This document shows positions 50,003 to 58,582 of a stretch of DNA of 64,000 nt, in pieces (positions within the stretch are counted from its first letter, which is position 1; each line of letters starts with the position of its first letter). Made by a program: the position numbers and the translations under genes. Source of the DNA: Roseburia sp. CAG:303 (GTDB lineage: Bacteria > Actinomycetota > Coriobacteriia > Coriobacteriales > Coriobacteriaceae); NCBI GenBank assembly GCA_963653375.1, contig CAVJWJ010000001.1:27046-91045 (forward strand). The letters are read 5' to 3'. The notes below the pieces were generated by a model. It made no database searches, was not told the origin of the DNA, and saw only the letters and a list, made by a program, of their open reading frames with translations.

Positions 50003-51409
50003 CTAAGAACGCGGCTTCTTCTTAAACTGCGCAGGCGAAACCGTAATGCCACCAGCCGTCTGACGCACCGTAGTGCGCGGTGTCTTTTTCTTGCGCGGAG
50101 CAGCAGATGCAGGCGCTGGCTCTACAGAGGCAGCGTTAGGCGCGGCGTTTGCAGCATGCTTCTCCCCTGCTGGAACAGCAGTTTCATGAGCAGCGGAGAC
50201 CGTTACACCCGCAGGCTCCCGATGGGCATGTACGTCCTTATGCTTAGAGCTATCGTGCTTCTTAGCCTTGTCCTTACCCTGACCAATACCAAAGCGCAGC
50301 AAGACCTTATCCCAACGCGCATGAATACTAGCGTGATGCGCACTCTTGAGACCTAGCAGCGGGGCAGCCAAAATCGTCGGCGCAATAAAGGTAATAAGGC
50401 GCCACAGCAGATATCCTGCCGTTGCAGCTGAGCCATAGAAGTGGCCCAAGAAAAGCGCGAAGCCACCCTCAGCACCACCTGTACCACCAGGCAGCGGCAC
50501 CGCCGAAGACAGAAGCTGTACAAAGGCGCTTGCAGCCATCACCGAGAAAAAGTCAACATCGTGATGCCCAAAAGCGAGCATTAAGAAGTATGGCACCAGA
50601 TAGAAGAATGCAAGCTGCAGCATGGTGATGATAACCGTGAGCACCATCGAAGAGAAATGCCCAGCCGAAAGCTTAAACTTCTCGGAGAACGAGTAAATCT
50701 CGTTGTCCACAAAACCGCGCCAGTGCTCAATCTTAGATTTAGAAACACCCACACGCTCAAGCAAGTTGATAATCCAGTGCGCCAAACGCGTAACCATGCC
50801 CGGCATGAGTGCCACAGCAAAGATGCCCAGCAGAATAAGGCAGTGGCCACCAAAACTAAACACACAGAGCAGCGTAATGTCGCCGTAGTGCTCGGCAAAA
50901 TACGGCATACGCGCAAGCAGCAAAATAGCGCCCCAGGCCACCAAACCAAATTGATAGACAATAAAGCGCGTAAACTGCGTAGCACCTGCTTCACCCACAT
51001 TTTGACCAGCCTTAGTAAGGCGATAAATCTGCGCAGGTGTTGAGCCCATCATCATGGGCGTCAGATTGCCAAAAAAGATTCCGCTCGCTTCAACCGAAAT
51101 AAGATCGCGAATACCTACCGGAGAGTTGGGATCAAGCCAAACAGCAATGGCATACGCCAAGATGCCAAAAAGCAGGTAGAGGAACATAAAGAAGCAAGCT
51201 ACAAGCAACCAACTTGGCTGAACGGTAGCCATAGCGCCCCAAAACTGCGCCATCTGCCCTGTCACAACGAGATAGACAATATAAGCCACCAGTACAAGGC
51301 CAATAAAAATAGCTCCACGGCGTGCGGTCTTGGTATCGTCACCGCCAGAAACCTGTACATCAACCTGGGGTTGCACGGAATCATGCGTATGTTTAAGGGG
51401 TCCCGTCAT
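50003..51409 (-). CDS. Lysylphosphatidylglycerol-synthase TM-region (flippase-like, UPF0104) protein with a basic tail
   Basis: 468 aa with about 8 hydrophobic helices. 'AVPLPGGTGGAEGGFALFLG' is typical of the LPG_synthase_TM family. No aminoacyl-transferase domain is present. The last ~95 aa are hydrophilic and basic. Confidence 0.7.
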   Translation of the reverse strand: MTGPLKHTHDSVQPQVDVQVSGGDDTKTARRGAIFIGLVLVAYIVYLVVTGQMAQFWGAMATVQPSWLLVACFFMFLYLLFGILAYAIAVWLDPNSPVGIRDLISVEASGIFFGNLTPMMMGSTPAQIYRLTKAGQNVGEAGATQFTRFIVYQFGLVAWGAILLLARMPYFAEHYGDITLLCVFSFGGHCLILLGIFAVALMPGMVTRLAHWIINLLERVGVSKSKIEHWRGFVDNEIYSFSEKFKLSAGHFSSMVLTVIITMLQLAFFYLVPYFLMLAFGHHDVDFFSVMAASAFVQLLSSAVPLPGGTGGAEGGFALFLGHFYGSAATAGYLLWRLITFIAPTILAAPLLGLKSAHHASIHARWDKVLLRFGIGQGKDKAKKHDSSKHKDVHAHREPAGVTVSAAHETAVPAGEKHAANAAPNAASVEPAPASAAPRKKKTPRTTVRQTAGGITVSPAQFKKKPRS

Positions 51410-51500
51410 GGTTCTCCTTAATCTGAGACATATAACCTAGCTATTGTACGTCCACGGGGCAATAAATTTGCAACAAAACGGGCACAGGGCATTGCTGCAC

Positions 51501-51522
51501 AAAAAAGGCTCCCGAAGGAGCC
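51501..51522 (-). terminator. Intrinsic terminator after tRNA-Gln / tRNA-Glu
   Basis: The minus strand reads GGCTCC-TTCG-GGAGCC followed by TTTTTT. Confidence 0.8.
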
Positions 51523-51534
51523 CTAGCAATTCGA

Positions 51535-51611
51535 TGGTAGCCCGTACCGGATTCGAACCGGTGATCTCCGCCTTGAGAGGGCGGCGTCCAAGACCGCTAG
51601 ACGAACGGGCC
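51535..51611 (-). tRNA. tRNA-Glu (anticodon CTC)
   Basis: The minus strand reads GGCCCGTTCGTCTAGCGGTCTTGGACGCCGCCCTCTCAAGGCGGAGATCACCGGTTCGAATCCGGTACGGGCTACCA. It folds as a cloverleaf with anticodon loop CTCTCAA, an encoded CCA end and a G1-U72 wobble closing the acceptor stem. Confidence 0.9.
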
Positions 51612-51627
51612 AAATGTCAGATGCAAA

Positions 51628-51701
51628 TGGCTGGGATGGAGGGAGTCGAACCCCCATTGACGGAACCAGAATCCGCTGTCCTGCCATTAGACGACATCCC
51701 A
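51628..51701 (-). tRNA. tRNA-Gln (anticodon CTG)
   Basis: The minus strand reads TGGGATGTCGTCTAATGGCAGGACAGCGGATTCTGGTTCCGTCAATGGGGGTTCGACTCCCTCCATCCCAGCCA. It has the U1-A72 pair typical of bacterial tRNA-Gln, anticodon loop TTCTGGT and an encoded CCA end. Confidence 0.9.
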
Positions 51702-51745
51702 AAATGCATCCAAGCGCTCAGGCATGAGCCGTTGCGCAAGAAAGA

Positions 51746-51774
51746 ATACTACGGCAGGTTTCGCGATGATGCAA
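51746..51774 (-). promoter_or_regulatory. Candidate sigma-70-type promoter for the tRNA-Gln / tRNA-Glu unit
   Basis: The minus strand reads TTGCAT - 17 nt - TAGTAT. The -10 element lies about 45 nt upstream of the tRNA-Gln 5' end. Confidence 0.5.
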
Positions 51775-51835
51775 GCCCTAATTTTGACTTTTTTGGGCTT
51801 AGTTGACCAAATACCAACAGATATGAATCGGCATG

Positions 51836-51856
51836 AAAAAAGCTCCCGAAGGAGCC
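51836..51856 (-). terminator. Intrinsic terminator after the upstream tRNA-Glu copy
   Basis: The minus strand reads GGCTCC-TTCG-GGAGC followed by TTTTTT. It is nearly identical to the terminator at 51501-51522. Confidence 0.75.
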
Positions 51857-51868
51857 TTGTCAATTCGA

Positions 51869-51945
51869 TGGTAGCCCGTACCGGATTCGAACCGGTGATC
51901 TCCGCCTTGAGAGGGCGGCGTCCAAGACCGCTAGACGAACGGGCC
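51869..51945 (-). tRNA. tRNA-Glu (anticodon CTC), second identical copy
   Basis: The 77-nt sequence is identical to the copy at 51535-51611. Confidence 0.9.
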
Positions 51946-51982
51946 AAGTGCTTGTGGCATTACTGCCTCAATGCAGGTATGT

Positions 51983-52012
51983 ATATTACGGGAAGCAGAC
52001 CAAAACGCGCAA
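51983..52012 (-). promoter_or_regulatory. Candidate promoter for the upstream tRNA-Glu copy
   Basis: The minus strand reads TTGCGC - 18 nt - TAATAT. The -10 element lies about 38 nt upstream of the tRNA 5' end. Confidence 0.4.
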
Positions 52013-52062
52013 GAACTATTTTCAAATTTCTCAAGTTGTGCGCAGCTCATGAAGACCGCAGG

Positions 52063-52686
52063 TCACGATACAAGAGAGGTGAGCGAAACCTCACGCGTAG
52101 CCACGCGAGCATGCAAAGCAGGAGAATGAGAGACCACGACGATGCCCATTCCTTCCCCTTGAGAAAGCTCTATGAGCGCATGCCAGAGTTGTGCCTGAGT
52201 TACCGCGTCAAGCATTGCTGTTGCCTCATCGGCAATCAAATACGATGGCCGCGCCATGCAAGCACGCACGAAAGCAAAGCGCATGAGCTCGCCCCCGGAC
52301 AGTTCATGTGGTAGGCGGCTCATCCATGTATCGCGCAGTCCAAAGCGCTCTTGCAAAGCTTGACTACGCAGCTCTGTAATATCCCCCGCCTCGGTCAAAG
52401 AAGCAGCCATGCGCATACGCGGGTCAAAAGCTTGCTCGGGATGTTGCATGAGAAGCTGAACGGGACGAGGCCCCCGAATGCCCGCAAGCGGCTGACCATC
52501 CACCAATACCTGGCCAGAATCTGGTTTGAGATAGCCAGAAAGCAAACGGCACAGCGTGGTCTTACCAGAGCCAGACGGTGCACACAGGGCAACGCGCTCC
52601 CCTACCTCAACAGCAAAAGTAAGGTTGTGGAAAAGCGCGGGCGCCCCGGGGTAGGCAAACGAGATATTTTGAGCAGCAAGGGTCAC
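52063..52686 (-). CDS. ABC importer ATP-binding protein (Opp/Dpp/Nik F/E-type)
   Basis: 207 aa. Walker A 'APSGSGKTT', signature 'LSGGELMR' and Walker B 'YLIADEATAMLD'. The GTG start overlaps the upstream TGA stop (GTGA). Confidence 0.88.
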   Translation of the reverse strand: MTLAAQNISFAYPGAPALFHNLTFAVEVGERVALCAPSGSGKTTLCRLLSGYLKPDSGQVLVDGQPLAGIRGPRPVQLLMQHPEQAFDPRMRMAASLTEAGDITELRSQALQERFGLRDTWMSRLPHELSGGELMRFAFVRACMARPSYLIADEATAMLDAVTQAQLWHALIELSQGEGMGIVVVSHSPALHARVATREVSLTSLVS

Positions 52687-53591
52687 AATGCGCTCCCACC
52701 TTGAGCACTAAAGTCATGCTCGGGCATTGCGTACCAGAGCTCGCGTGAGTAGGGATGCGCAAGCAACTCAGGCGAAGCAAAGGACGCCGAGGAGGTTTCT
52801 TCCACCACAGTCCCATCCAAAAAAACGGCAATGCGGTCGGCCACGCGCAACGCAAGCTCAATATCGTGTGTAATAAGCAAGACACCACCGCCCGCCTGCG
52901 CAAAAGTACACAGGTCGTCCAAGGCATGTACCGCAAGGTCAAGATCCAGACCAGGCGTGGGCTCGTCGGCAATAAGCAGCCGCGGCTCCTCCATAAGGGC
53001 ACACATAAGCAAAATGCGGCGCGCCATACCACCCGAAAGCTGATGTGGGTATAGCCGCTCAACGTCCTCACTAAGACCATACTCAGCAAAGAGAGCACGC
53101 TGACGCGCAGCACGACGCTCAGCATCTGCCTTACGAGCAGCACGCGTAGCACCTCGCGGAACCCCGCGCACCTGCTTACCCACACACATCAGAGGGTCGA
53201 GCGCAGTTACGCTTTGCGGCACGAGCGCAATACCGTGTCCTCGCAGAGCTGCAAGCTTTTGAGCGTCACAAGCCTCGCCATCAAACCAGATATGTCCACT
53301 TACCTGCTCATTGGCGGCATAGGTGCCCAACAGGCAATCTGCGAGCACGCTTTTTCCTGAGCCAGAGGCGCCAACTAAGGCAAGCACCTCGCCCTCATGC
53401 ACCGAGAGCGTAAGACCACGTAAAACGTCTTGGCGAACACGACCAGCGCGAAAATATGGCCGTGAAGCATCATAGAGATCAAACGAAGCATGCAGGTCTT
53501 CAACAGTCAACAGATGATGGTGACCAGGATGGTGCGAAGAGCTTGCATGCGAATGATGGTGATGGAACTCGGCATCAAAATGATTCTGCAT
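52683..53591 (-). CDS. ABC importer ATP-binding protein (Opp/Dpp/Nik D-type) with a His-rich N-terminus
   Basis: 302 aa. Walker A 'GASGSGKS', signature 'LSGGMARR' and Walker B 'LLIADEPTPGLD'. The N-terminus reads 'MQNHFDAEFHHHHSHASSSHHPGHHH'. Confidence 0.88.
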   Translation of the reverse strand: MQNHFDAEFHHHHSHASSSHHPGHHHLLTVEDLHASFDLYDASRPYFRAGRVRQDVLRGLTLSVHEGEVLALVGASGSGKSVLADCLLGTYAANEQVSGHIWFDGEACDAQKLAALRGHGIALVPQSVTALDPLMCVGKQVRGVPRGATRAARKADAERRAARQRALFAEYGLSEDVERLYPHQLSGGMARRILLMCALMEEPRLLIADEPTPGLDLDLAVHALDDLCTFAQAGGGVLLITHDIELALRVADRIAVFLDGTVVEETSSASFASPELLAHPYSRELWYAMPEHDFSAQGGSAL

Positions 53592-53593
53592 GG

Positions 53594-54448
53594 CTACTCC
53601 TGAACCGTTGCAGCATCAGTTGCCTGGCGTATGAGCACCACAACATGGTTGAGGAGCAACACGAGTGCCGCTAACAAAAGCCCCGGGAAGAACGCAAGCC
53701 ACCACATACCGGCAGAAAGATAGCCCATAGACTCAGAAAGAATCACGCCAATCGCAGGCCAGTCTGGTGAGAGTCCAAAGCCCAGAAAGGTGATTGAGGC
53801 CTCGTGCAAAATGGCATGCGGAAACGCAAGCACCATACCGCACGCAAGCTGCGGCAATATAGCGGAAAGAACATGAGTTATAAGCAGCTTAACGCGCGAA
53901 ACACCAAGGGCACGCGATGCTTGTACGTAAGGTTGAGACAGGCACTGCAGCATCTCGGTCTGGAGGACACGAGCAAGACTTGTCCAATGCGTCAGCGCCA
54001 CGCCAACGGCCACACCCATAGCACCGCGTCCCATTGCATAGCTAATGAGGATGAGTAACACGATGTGCGGAATACCCATCACCAAGTCGGTCAGCCAAGA
54101 TACAACAGCTCGAGCTCGTGAACCACAAAGCGCAGCTATCGCGGCCAATACAAAGGCAATCAACCCCGCAAGTAGTGAAGAAAGCAAGCCAATAACAACC
54201 GAAATCCCCAGGCCACAGACAGTGCGCGCAAACATGTCGCGCCCCATCCAGTCGGTTCCAAACAGATGAGCAAATGAGGGAGCCAGGTTCTTGCTCGCAA
54301 AATCTGTCGCATTCGCAAGAGGTGCCAAGCCAAAACCAAGAACAGCAATTGCGAGTCCCGTGACCATGCAGGCACAGAGCGCGCAAGCAAGGCGCTTACG
54401 TACACCCAAAGGCTTGAGGCTCGAAGCATGGAGCACATCGCTAGCCAT
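53594..54448 (-). CDS. ABC importer permease (DppC/NikC-like)
   Basis: A multi-TM BPD-transporter fold with the EAA-like region 'YVQASRALGVSRVKLLITHVL'. The start is taken at the ATG at 54448 (MASDV), which overlaps the upstream gene end by 8 nt. Confidence 0.85.
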   Translation of the reverse strand: MASDVLHASSLKPLGVRKRLACALCACMVTGLAIAVLGFGLAPLANATDFASKNLAPSFAHLFGTDWMGRDMFARTVCGLGISVVIGLLSSLLAGLIAFVLAAIAALCGSRARAVVSWLTDLVMGIPHIVLLILISYAMGRGAMGVAVGVALTHWTSLARVLQTEMLQCLSQPYVQASRALGVSRVKLLITHVLSAILPQLACGMVLAFPHAILHEASITFLGFGLSPDWPAIGVILSESMGYLSAGMWWLAFFPGLLLAALVLLLNHVVVLIRQATDAATVQE

Positions 54449-55469
54449 GAGCCCTCCCCTGCCGCCGAATGCGTGGATCGAGCAAGGCGCAAAGTACATC
54501 AGCCACGGTATTGCCCGCAAATACCAAAGCGGCAGAGACTACAGCAATTCCCACTAGAAGCGGGGCGTCTCCTCCCACACCTGCCGTTACTGCAGCTTGG
54601 CCGAGGCCCGGATACGAGAACACCTGCTCAACCAGAACAGATCCACCAAAAAGTTCTCCCACCTGCGCAAACTGCAGAACAATAGCAGGAAACGCAATGT
54701 TTCTGAGACCGTGACAGCACACAATTTGCACCCGCGTCTCGCCACGCGTAGCCGCAAAGCGCGCATACTCGCTCTGTAAAACATCTAAGACCTTTTCGCG
54801 CGTATGAAGCGCAATGTGCGCCACGCCCGTACAGGACAGCACGAGCGCAGGGAGTACCATGTGATATAACCGCTGGCCCAAAGAAACCTCATCGGCATTT
54901 ACGCCAATAGGAACCGAAAAGCCAAAGGGGAACCAACCTAGAGCCACTGAAAAAATCATGAGCGCTACCAGGCCCAACCAAAATGCTGGCGTAGAACTCA
55001 TAAGCACGCAATAGGTCCGCACCAGACGGTCGAGAGCGCCTCCCGCATAAGAGCCAGCAAGAACCCCGAGAGCAACTCCCAACAAACCCGAGAGCAGCCA
55101 AGCTGTAATCATAAGGAGCGCTGTGTTGCCAGCACGTTCGGTGAGCACCTGTGCTACTGGCTCGTTAAAGCGCAGACTCGTACCCCAATCGCCGTGAAGT
55201 ACTCCTATAAGCCAGTGCGCATACCGAGCTGTAACAGGTTGATCCGCACCCCAATACTCAGCAAGCTGTGCACGCTGCTCAGCGCTCATATGCGCGTAGG
55301 AAGCCTGGCCAGTATTCGCGCGCACTGGATCCACCGGAGAAGCAGCCACAAGCGCAAAGGCCAAAGCGCTTACCGCAAACAAAAGCAGTGCCAGGCGCAT
55401 AAACGTACAACAAACCTTGCGAAGCACTAGGCCCAGCTCCAGGTGTCTACGCTGTTCAAGAGCGACCAA
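54441..55469 (-). CDS. ABC importer permease (DppB/NikB-like)
   Basis: A multi-TM protein with 'YARFAATRGETRVQIVCCHGLRN' as its EAA-like region. The start is uncertain: the track start at 55469 overlaps the SBP gene by 43 nt, and the ATG at 55400 (MRLALLLF) is an alternative. Confidence 0.8.
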   Translation of the reverse strand: MVALEQRRHLELGLVLRKVCCTFMRLALLLFAVSALAFALVAASPVDPVRANTGQASYAHMSAEQRAQLAEYWGADQPVTARYAHWLIGVLHGDWGTSLRFNEPVAQVLTERAGNTALLMITAWLLSGLLGVALGVLAGSYAGGALDRLVRTYCVLMSSTPAFWLGLVALMIFSVALGWFPFGFSVPIGVNADEVSLGQRLYHMVLPALVLSCTGVAHIALHTREKVLDVLQSEYARFAATRGETRVQIVCCHGLRNIAFPAIVLQFAQVGELFGGSVLVEQVFSYPGLGQAAVTAGVGGDAPLLVGIAVVSAALVFAGNTVADVLCALLDPRIRRQGRAHG

Positions 55470-57070
55470 CCATGGCCATGCGGCTGTAGCTTTTGCTCAG
55501 CAATATTCAGGCCTTCGCGCACCCAATACAGATGATCAATATTTGCAAGCCATACCCAAGCAGCCGACCCCTGCGGAGCTACGCCGCCCTCGCCATCCCA
55601 CTCGGCCTTATGCCAAAAAGGATACGAGTCCTCAACGCTCTCTTGAGCAAGCGCCTGGTCTAGATAAGCATCGGTCATCTCGTCCTCGTAGCACGAGAAG
55701 TTCATGGTGCCCTGTGCCCGACACAGCTCATACACGTCTGTAGGCGAGTTGGAACCCCAGCCCCACAGCACAGGATCAGAGAACTCATGGGGGTAGATAT
55801 CGTCCCAGCCAGCACCCGTCGCGGTGACCTCAATGCCCAACTCGCGCATCTGGTTAGAAAACTCGTGAGCCATGGCCTGGCGCACCGTATCGCCACTGGC
55901 GTAATACAGTGTAAAGGCAGCACGCTGACCCGCGTGTACACGAATCCCGTCCTCGCCAGGCTTCCAGCCCGCCTCATCAAGCATTGTTTGCGCAGCTTGA
56001 AGGTCATAGCCAACCCGCATGTCTTCGCTTGCCCACGGCAATCCATCGCCGATGCTATACGCCGCGCGGCCGTAACCAGAAAGCGTATTTGAAATAAGCG
56101 TCTTGCGGTCCAAGCCATAATTAATGGCTCGGCGAATCTCTAGCACACTGGTCACATCGTTGCCGGCGGGGTAGATATTTTCGCCATCCTCACGCGTTGT
56201 GCCCGAGGCAATAACGGGCAAACTGATACCACGAGAATCAACAGTCTCAAACGACTGCAACGCGTACCCCGCAACAGTCTGCTCGGCAAACGTAGCAGAT
56301 GTATAAGCAACATCAACCTGACCCGCCCGCACGGCGGCAAGAGCTGCATCCTCTTCCATAAAGAGCACCACAATGCGATCAATGGTAGGAGCCGCTCCAT
56401 AGTAGGTGGGATTAGCCTCCAGAATCGCCTGTTGCCCGCGATCCCATTGCGTAAGAACATAACGACCAGACCCAATAGGATGCTCGCCATAGTCATCGCC
56501 ATAGGCATGCTCGGGCACAATGCCCATCACAGCCAGCGTGTACAGCAGCGCATTAAAAGGCTTGTTAAGATGGAACTCCACAACGGTATCAGACACAGCC
56601 TCGGCACGCTCTATGCAAGAAAGATCAGCCTGCGCATTTTTGCTGGTACGAATGGTATTTACCGTAAAGGCAACATCGGCAGCAGTAAGCGGCTCGCCAT
56701 CGCTGAAACAAACGTCATCGCGAATCTCGAAGGTCCATACCAAATGGTCCGTGGAACACTCGTAGGACACAGCTAGGTCGTTTTTAAAGCTCATGTCAGA
56801 CGTTGTAGTAACCAAGGTCGACTGAATAAGTGGCTCGTGCACATGCTCACCGCACCCCCAGCCAATACAGGGATCAAAGCCAGCATCTGGCTCGTTGGTT
56901 GTGCTCATAGCTACAATTACCTGATTGGTAGCTGCAGCAGTACTACTCCCTGCCGAAGCCGAGGTCTGAGACGCATCTGCGCAGCCCTCTAATGAAGCCA
57001 CAGCAGCACAGCTCAACAGCCCGCCCGCAACAAGACCGCGGCGCGTCATAGACGTTTTTGTTATATGCAC
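55427..57070 (-). CDS. ABC importer substrate-binding lipoprotein, family 5 (peptide/nickel type)
   Basis: 547 aa. The leader is twin-arginine-like ('MTRRGLVAGG') and carries the lipobox 'SLEGC'. Similarity to SBP family 5 runs throughout. The GTG start follows GGAG. Confidence 0.85.
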   Translation of the reverse strand: MHITKTSMTRRGLVAGGLLSCAAVASLEGCADASQTSASAGSSTAAATNQVIVAMSTTNEPDAGFDPCIGWGCGEHVHEPLIQSTLVTTTSDMSFKNDLAVSYECSTDHLVWTFEIRDDVCFSDGEPLTAADVAFTVNTIRTSKNAQADLSCIERAEAVSDTVVEFHLNKPFNALLYTLAVMGIVPEHAYGDDYGEHPIGSGRYVLTQWDRGQQAILEANPTYYGAAPTIDRIVVLFMEEDAALAAVRAGQVDVAYTSATFAEQTVAGYALQSFETVDSRGISLPVIASGTTREDGENIYPAGNDVTSVLEIRRAINYGLDRKTLISNTLSGYGRAAYSIGDGLPWASEDMRVGYDLQAAQTMLDEAGWKPGEDGIRVHAGQRAAFTLYYASGDTVRQAMAHEFSNQMRELGIEVTATGAGWDDIYPHEFSDPVLWGWGSNSPTDVYELCRAQGTMNFSCYEDEMTDAYLDQALAQESVEDSYPFWHKAEWDGEGGVAPQGSAAWVWLANIDHLYWVREGLNIAEQKLQPHGHGWSLLNSVDTWSWA

Positions 57071-57079
57071 GTGAAGCTC

Positions 57080-58477
57080 CTAAAGATCCAAGTACTCAAG
57101 CAAAGTGGCCGTATTATTAGGAACTTCACCAGCCATGGTGGCAAAAAGAGCACGCTCCAGCAGCTCCCCAATGCGCTTACCAGGCTCCACACCTGCAGCT
57201 ATGAGAGCCCGTCCATCAAGCGCCAAGGTCTTAATGCTATAGGCTTCGCCATTAGCTAAAAGTTCGCGCGCCATCTCGCGCATACGCTCAATATCCTCAA
57301 CGTAATAGAAACATGAGGGTGCTTTGCCCAGAGCATCTGCACGCTTTAGGTCAAAGAGTTCGCCTACCAGGCGCGGGGTATCCATACCCTCGGCGGAAAA
57401 CAGATGCATAAGCTTGAGTAAACTCGTGCGCTCAGCCTCCAGAGGCAAATCGTGATAGCGAATAAGCTGACATGCATCGCGCACAATATCCCCCGGCAAC
57501 GCAAGGCGTCGCAAAATGGCATGAGCCACTTTGGCACCATGTTCGGGGTGACCATAGAAGTGTCCACAACCACGCGCGTCTTTGGTAAAGCAAGCGGGCT
57601 TTCCAATATCATGCAAAAGCGCAGCCCACATAAGAGACTGAGAAAGTGCGTCTCCCTGAGCACTGCCATCAAGGCGAAAGCGCGCAAAGGAGCTCGCCTC
57701 AGAAAGCACGCGCGCCGTATGCTCATACACATCGGAGTCGTGGTAAACACTGCACTGATCAAAATCGCGACATGCCGCAAGTTCTGGCACAGCAGCGCAC
57801 ATAAGCTCGGGATACAGCAGCAAAGCGTCTCCACCGCGGCCCGTGGCCAAGATACCTGAGAGCTCAATACCCACGCGCTCTCGTGCTACCGCGTCAAGCA
57901 GTGGCGCACAAGCAGCAAGAGCAGACGCGGTCTTTGGCTCGATAACAAAGTCCAACCGGCAAGCAAATCGCACTGCGCGCAACATGCGCAGGGCGTCCTC
58001 TTCAAAACGACGTCGAGGCTCACCCACGGCACGAATCACATGGCGACGCAGATCTCCTTGACCGCCATACAGGTCAAGCAGCCCCCGCACGGGATGCCAC
58101 GCCATGGCATTTACCGTAAAGTCACGCCGCGCAAGATCGTCTTCAACCGAAGCCGCTCGCCGTACGCTCTCAGGGTGGCGACCATCGGTGTAAAAGCCAT
58201 CTACGCGATAGGTCGTAACCTCAATGCGCTCGCCCGACGCAATGGCTGTGATACCACCAAATTTGATACCCGACTCCACAACGCCAATGCCTGCAGCCTT
58301 AAGCGCTGCCGCACTTTCACGCCATGTACCAGAGCAGCACATATCCACATCATGCGAGGGTGCGCCCATGAGGGCATCGCGCACCCAGCCTCCTACAACC
58401 CAAGCCTCGAGTCCTGCAGACTCAAGCGCTTGAAGCACGCGCACGGCAGCAAGACTCAGTGCTGAGCCGTTTAACAT
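57080..58477 (-). CDS. cca: CCA-adding enzyme / poly(A) polymerase family nucleotidyltransferase with an HD domain
   Basis: Motifs 'VVGGWVRDALMG' and 'HDVDMC' (GGxVRD...DxD) plus the HD motif 'AALLHDIGK'. The start is taken at the ATG at 58477 (MLNGSAL). The track ORF extends 40 codons upstream into a repeat region. Confidence 0.85.
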   Translation of the reverse strand: MLNGSALSLAAVRVLQALESAGLEAWVVGGWVRDALMGAPSHDVDMCCSGTWRESAAALKAAGIGVVESGIKFGGITAIASGERIEVTTYRVDGFYTDGRHPESVRRAASVEDDLARRDFTVNAMAWHPVRGLLDLYGGQGDLRRHVIRAVGEPRRRFEEDALRMLRAVRFACRLDFVIEPKTASALAACAPLLDAVARERVGIELSGILATGRGGDALLLYPELMCAAVPELAACRDFDQCSVYHDSDVYEHTARVLSEASSFARFRLDGSAQGDALSQSLMWAALLHDIGKPACFTKDARGCGHFYGHPEHGAKVAHAILRRLALPGDIVRDACQLIRYHDLPLEAERTSLLKLMHLFSAEGMDTPRLVGELFDLKRADALGKAPSCFYYVEDIERMREMARELLANGEAYSIKTLALDGRALIAAGVEPGKRIGELLERALFATMAGEVPNNTATLLEYLDL

Positions 58478-58582
58478 GGGTTCGCGTTGTGTTATGCAAG
58501 CATCTGTCACAGGTTGTCTCCTCGATAGTCGTATGCGCACCAGTATAGCGAAAGTCACGGCAAGCCTCCGCGCACCCGCGTT

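Noticed and set aside
51501-51945. Whether the direct repeats flanking tRNA-Gln could be att sites of an integrated element.
   Set aside because: Only about 220 nt lie between the repeats, and that stretch holds a tRNA gene and a promoter. There is no integrase or cargo nearby. Local tandem duplication is the simpler explanation.
51444-52314. Track ORFs 51444..51806, 51687..51947 and 51724..52314, whose translations repeat 'MVARTGFEPVISALRGRRPRPLDERA'.
   Set aside because: They are read-through translations of the tRNA-Glu and tRNA-Gln genes and their terminators. The repeated peptide is simply the duplicated tRNA-Glu sequence.
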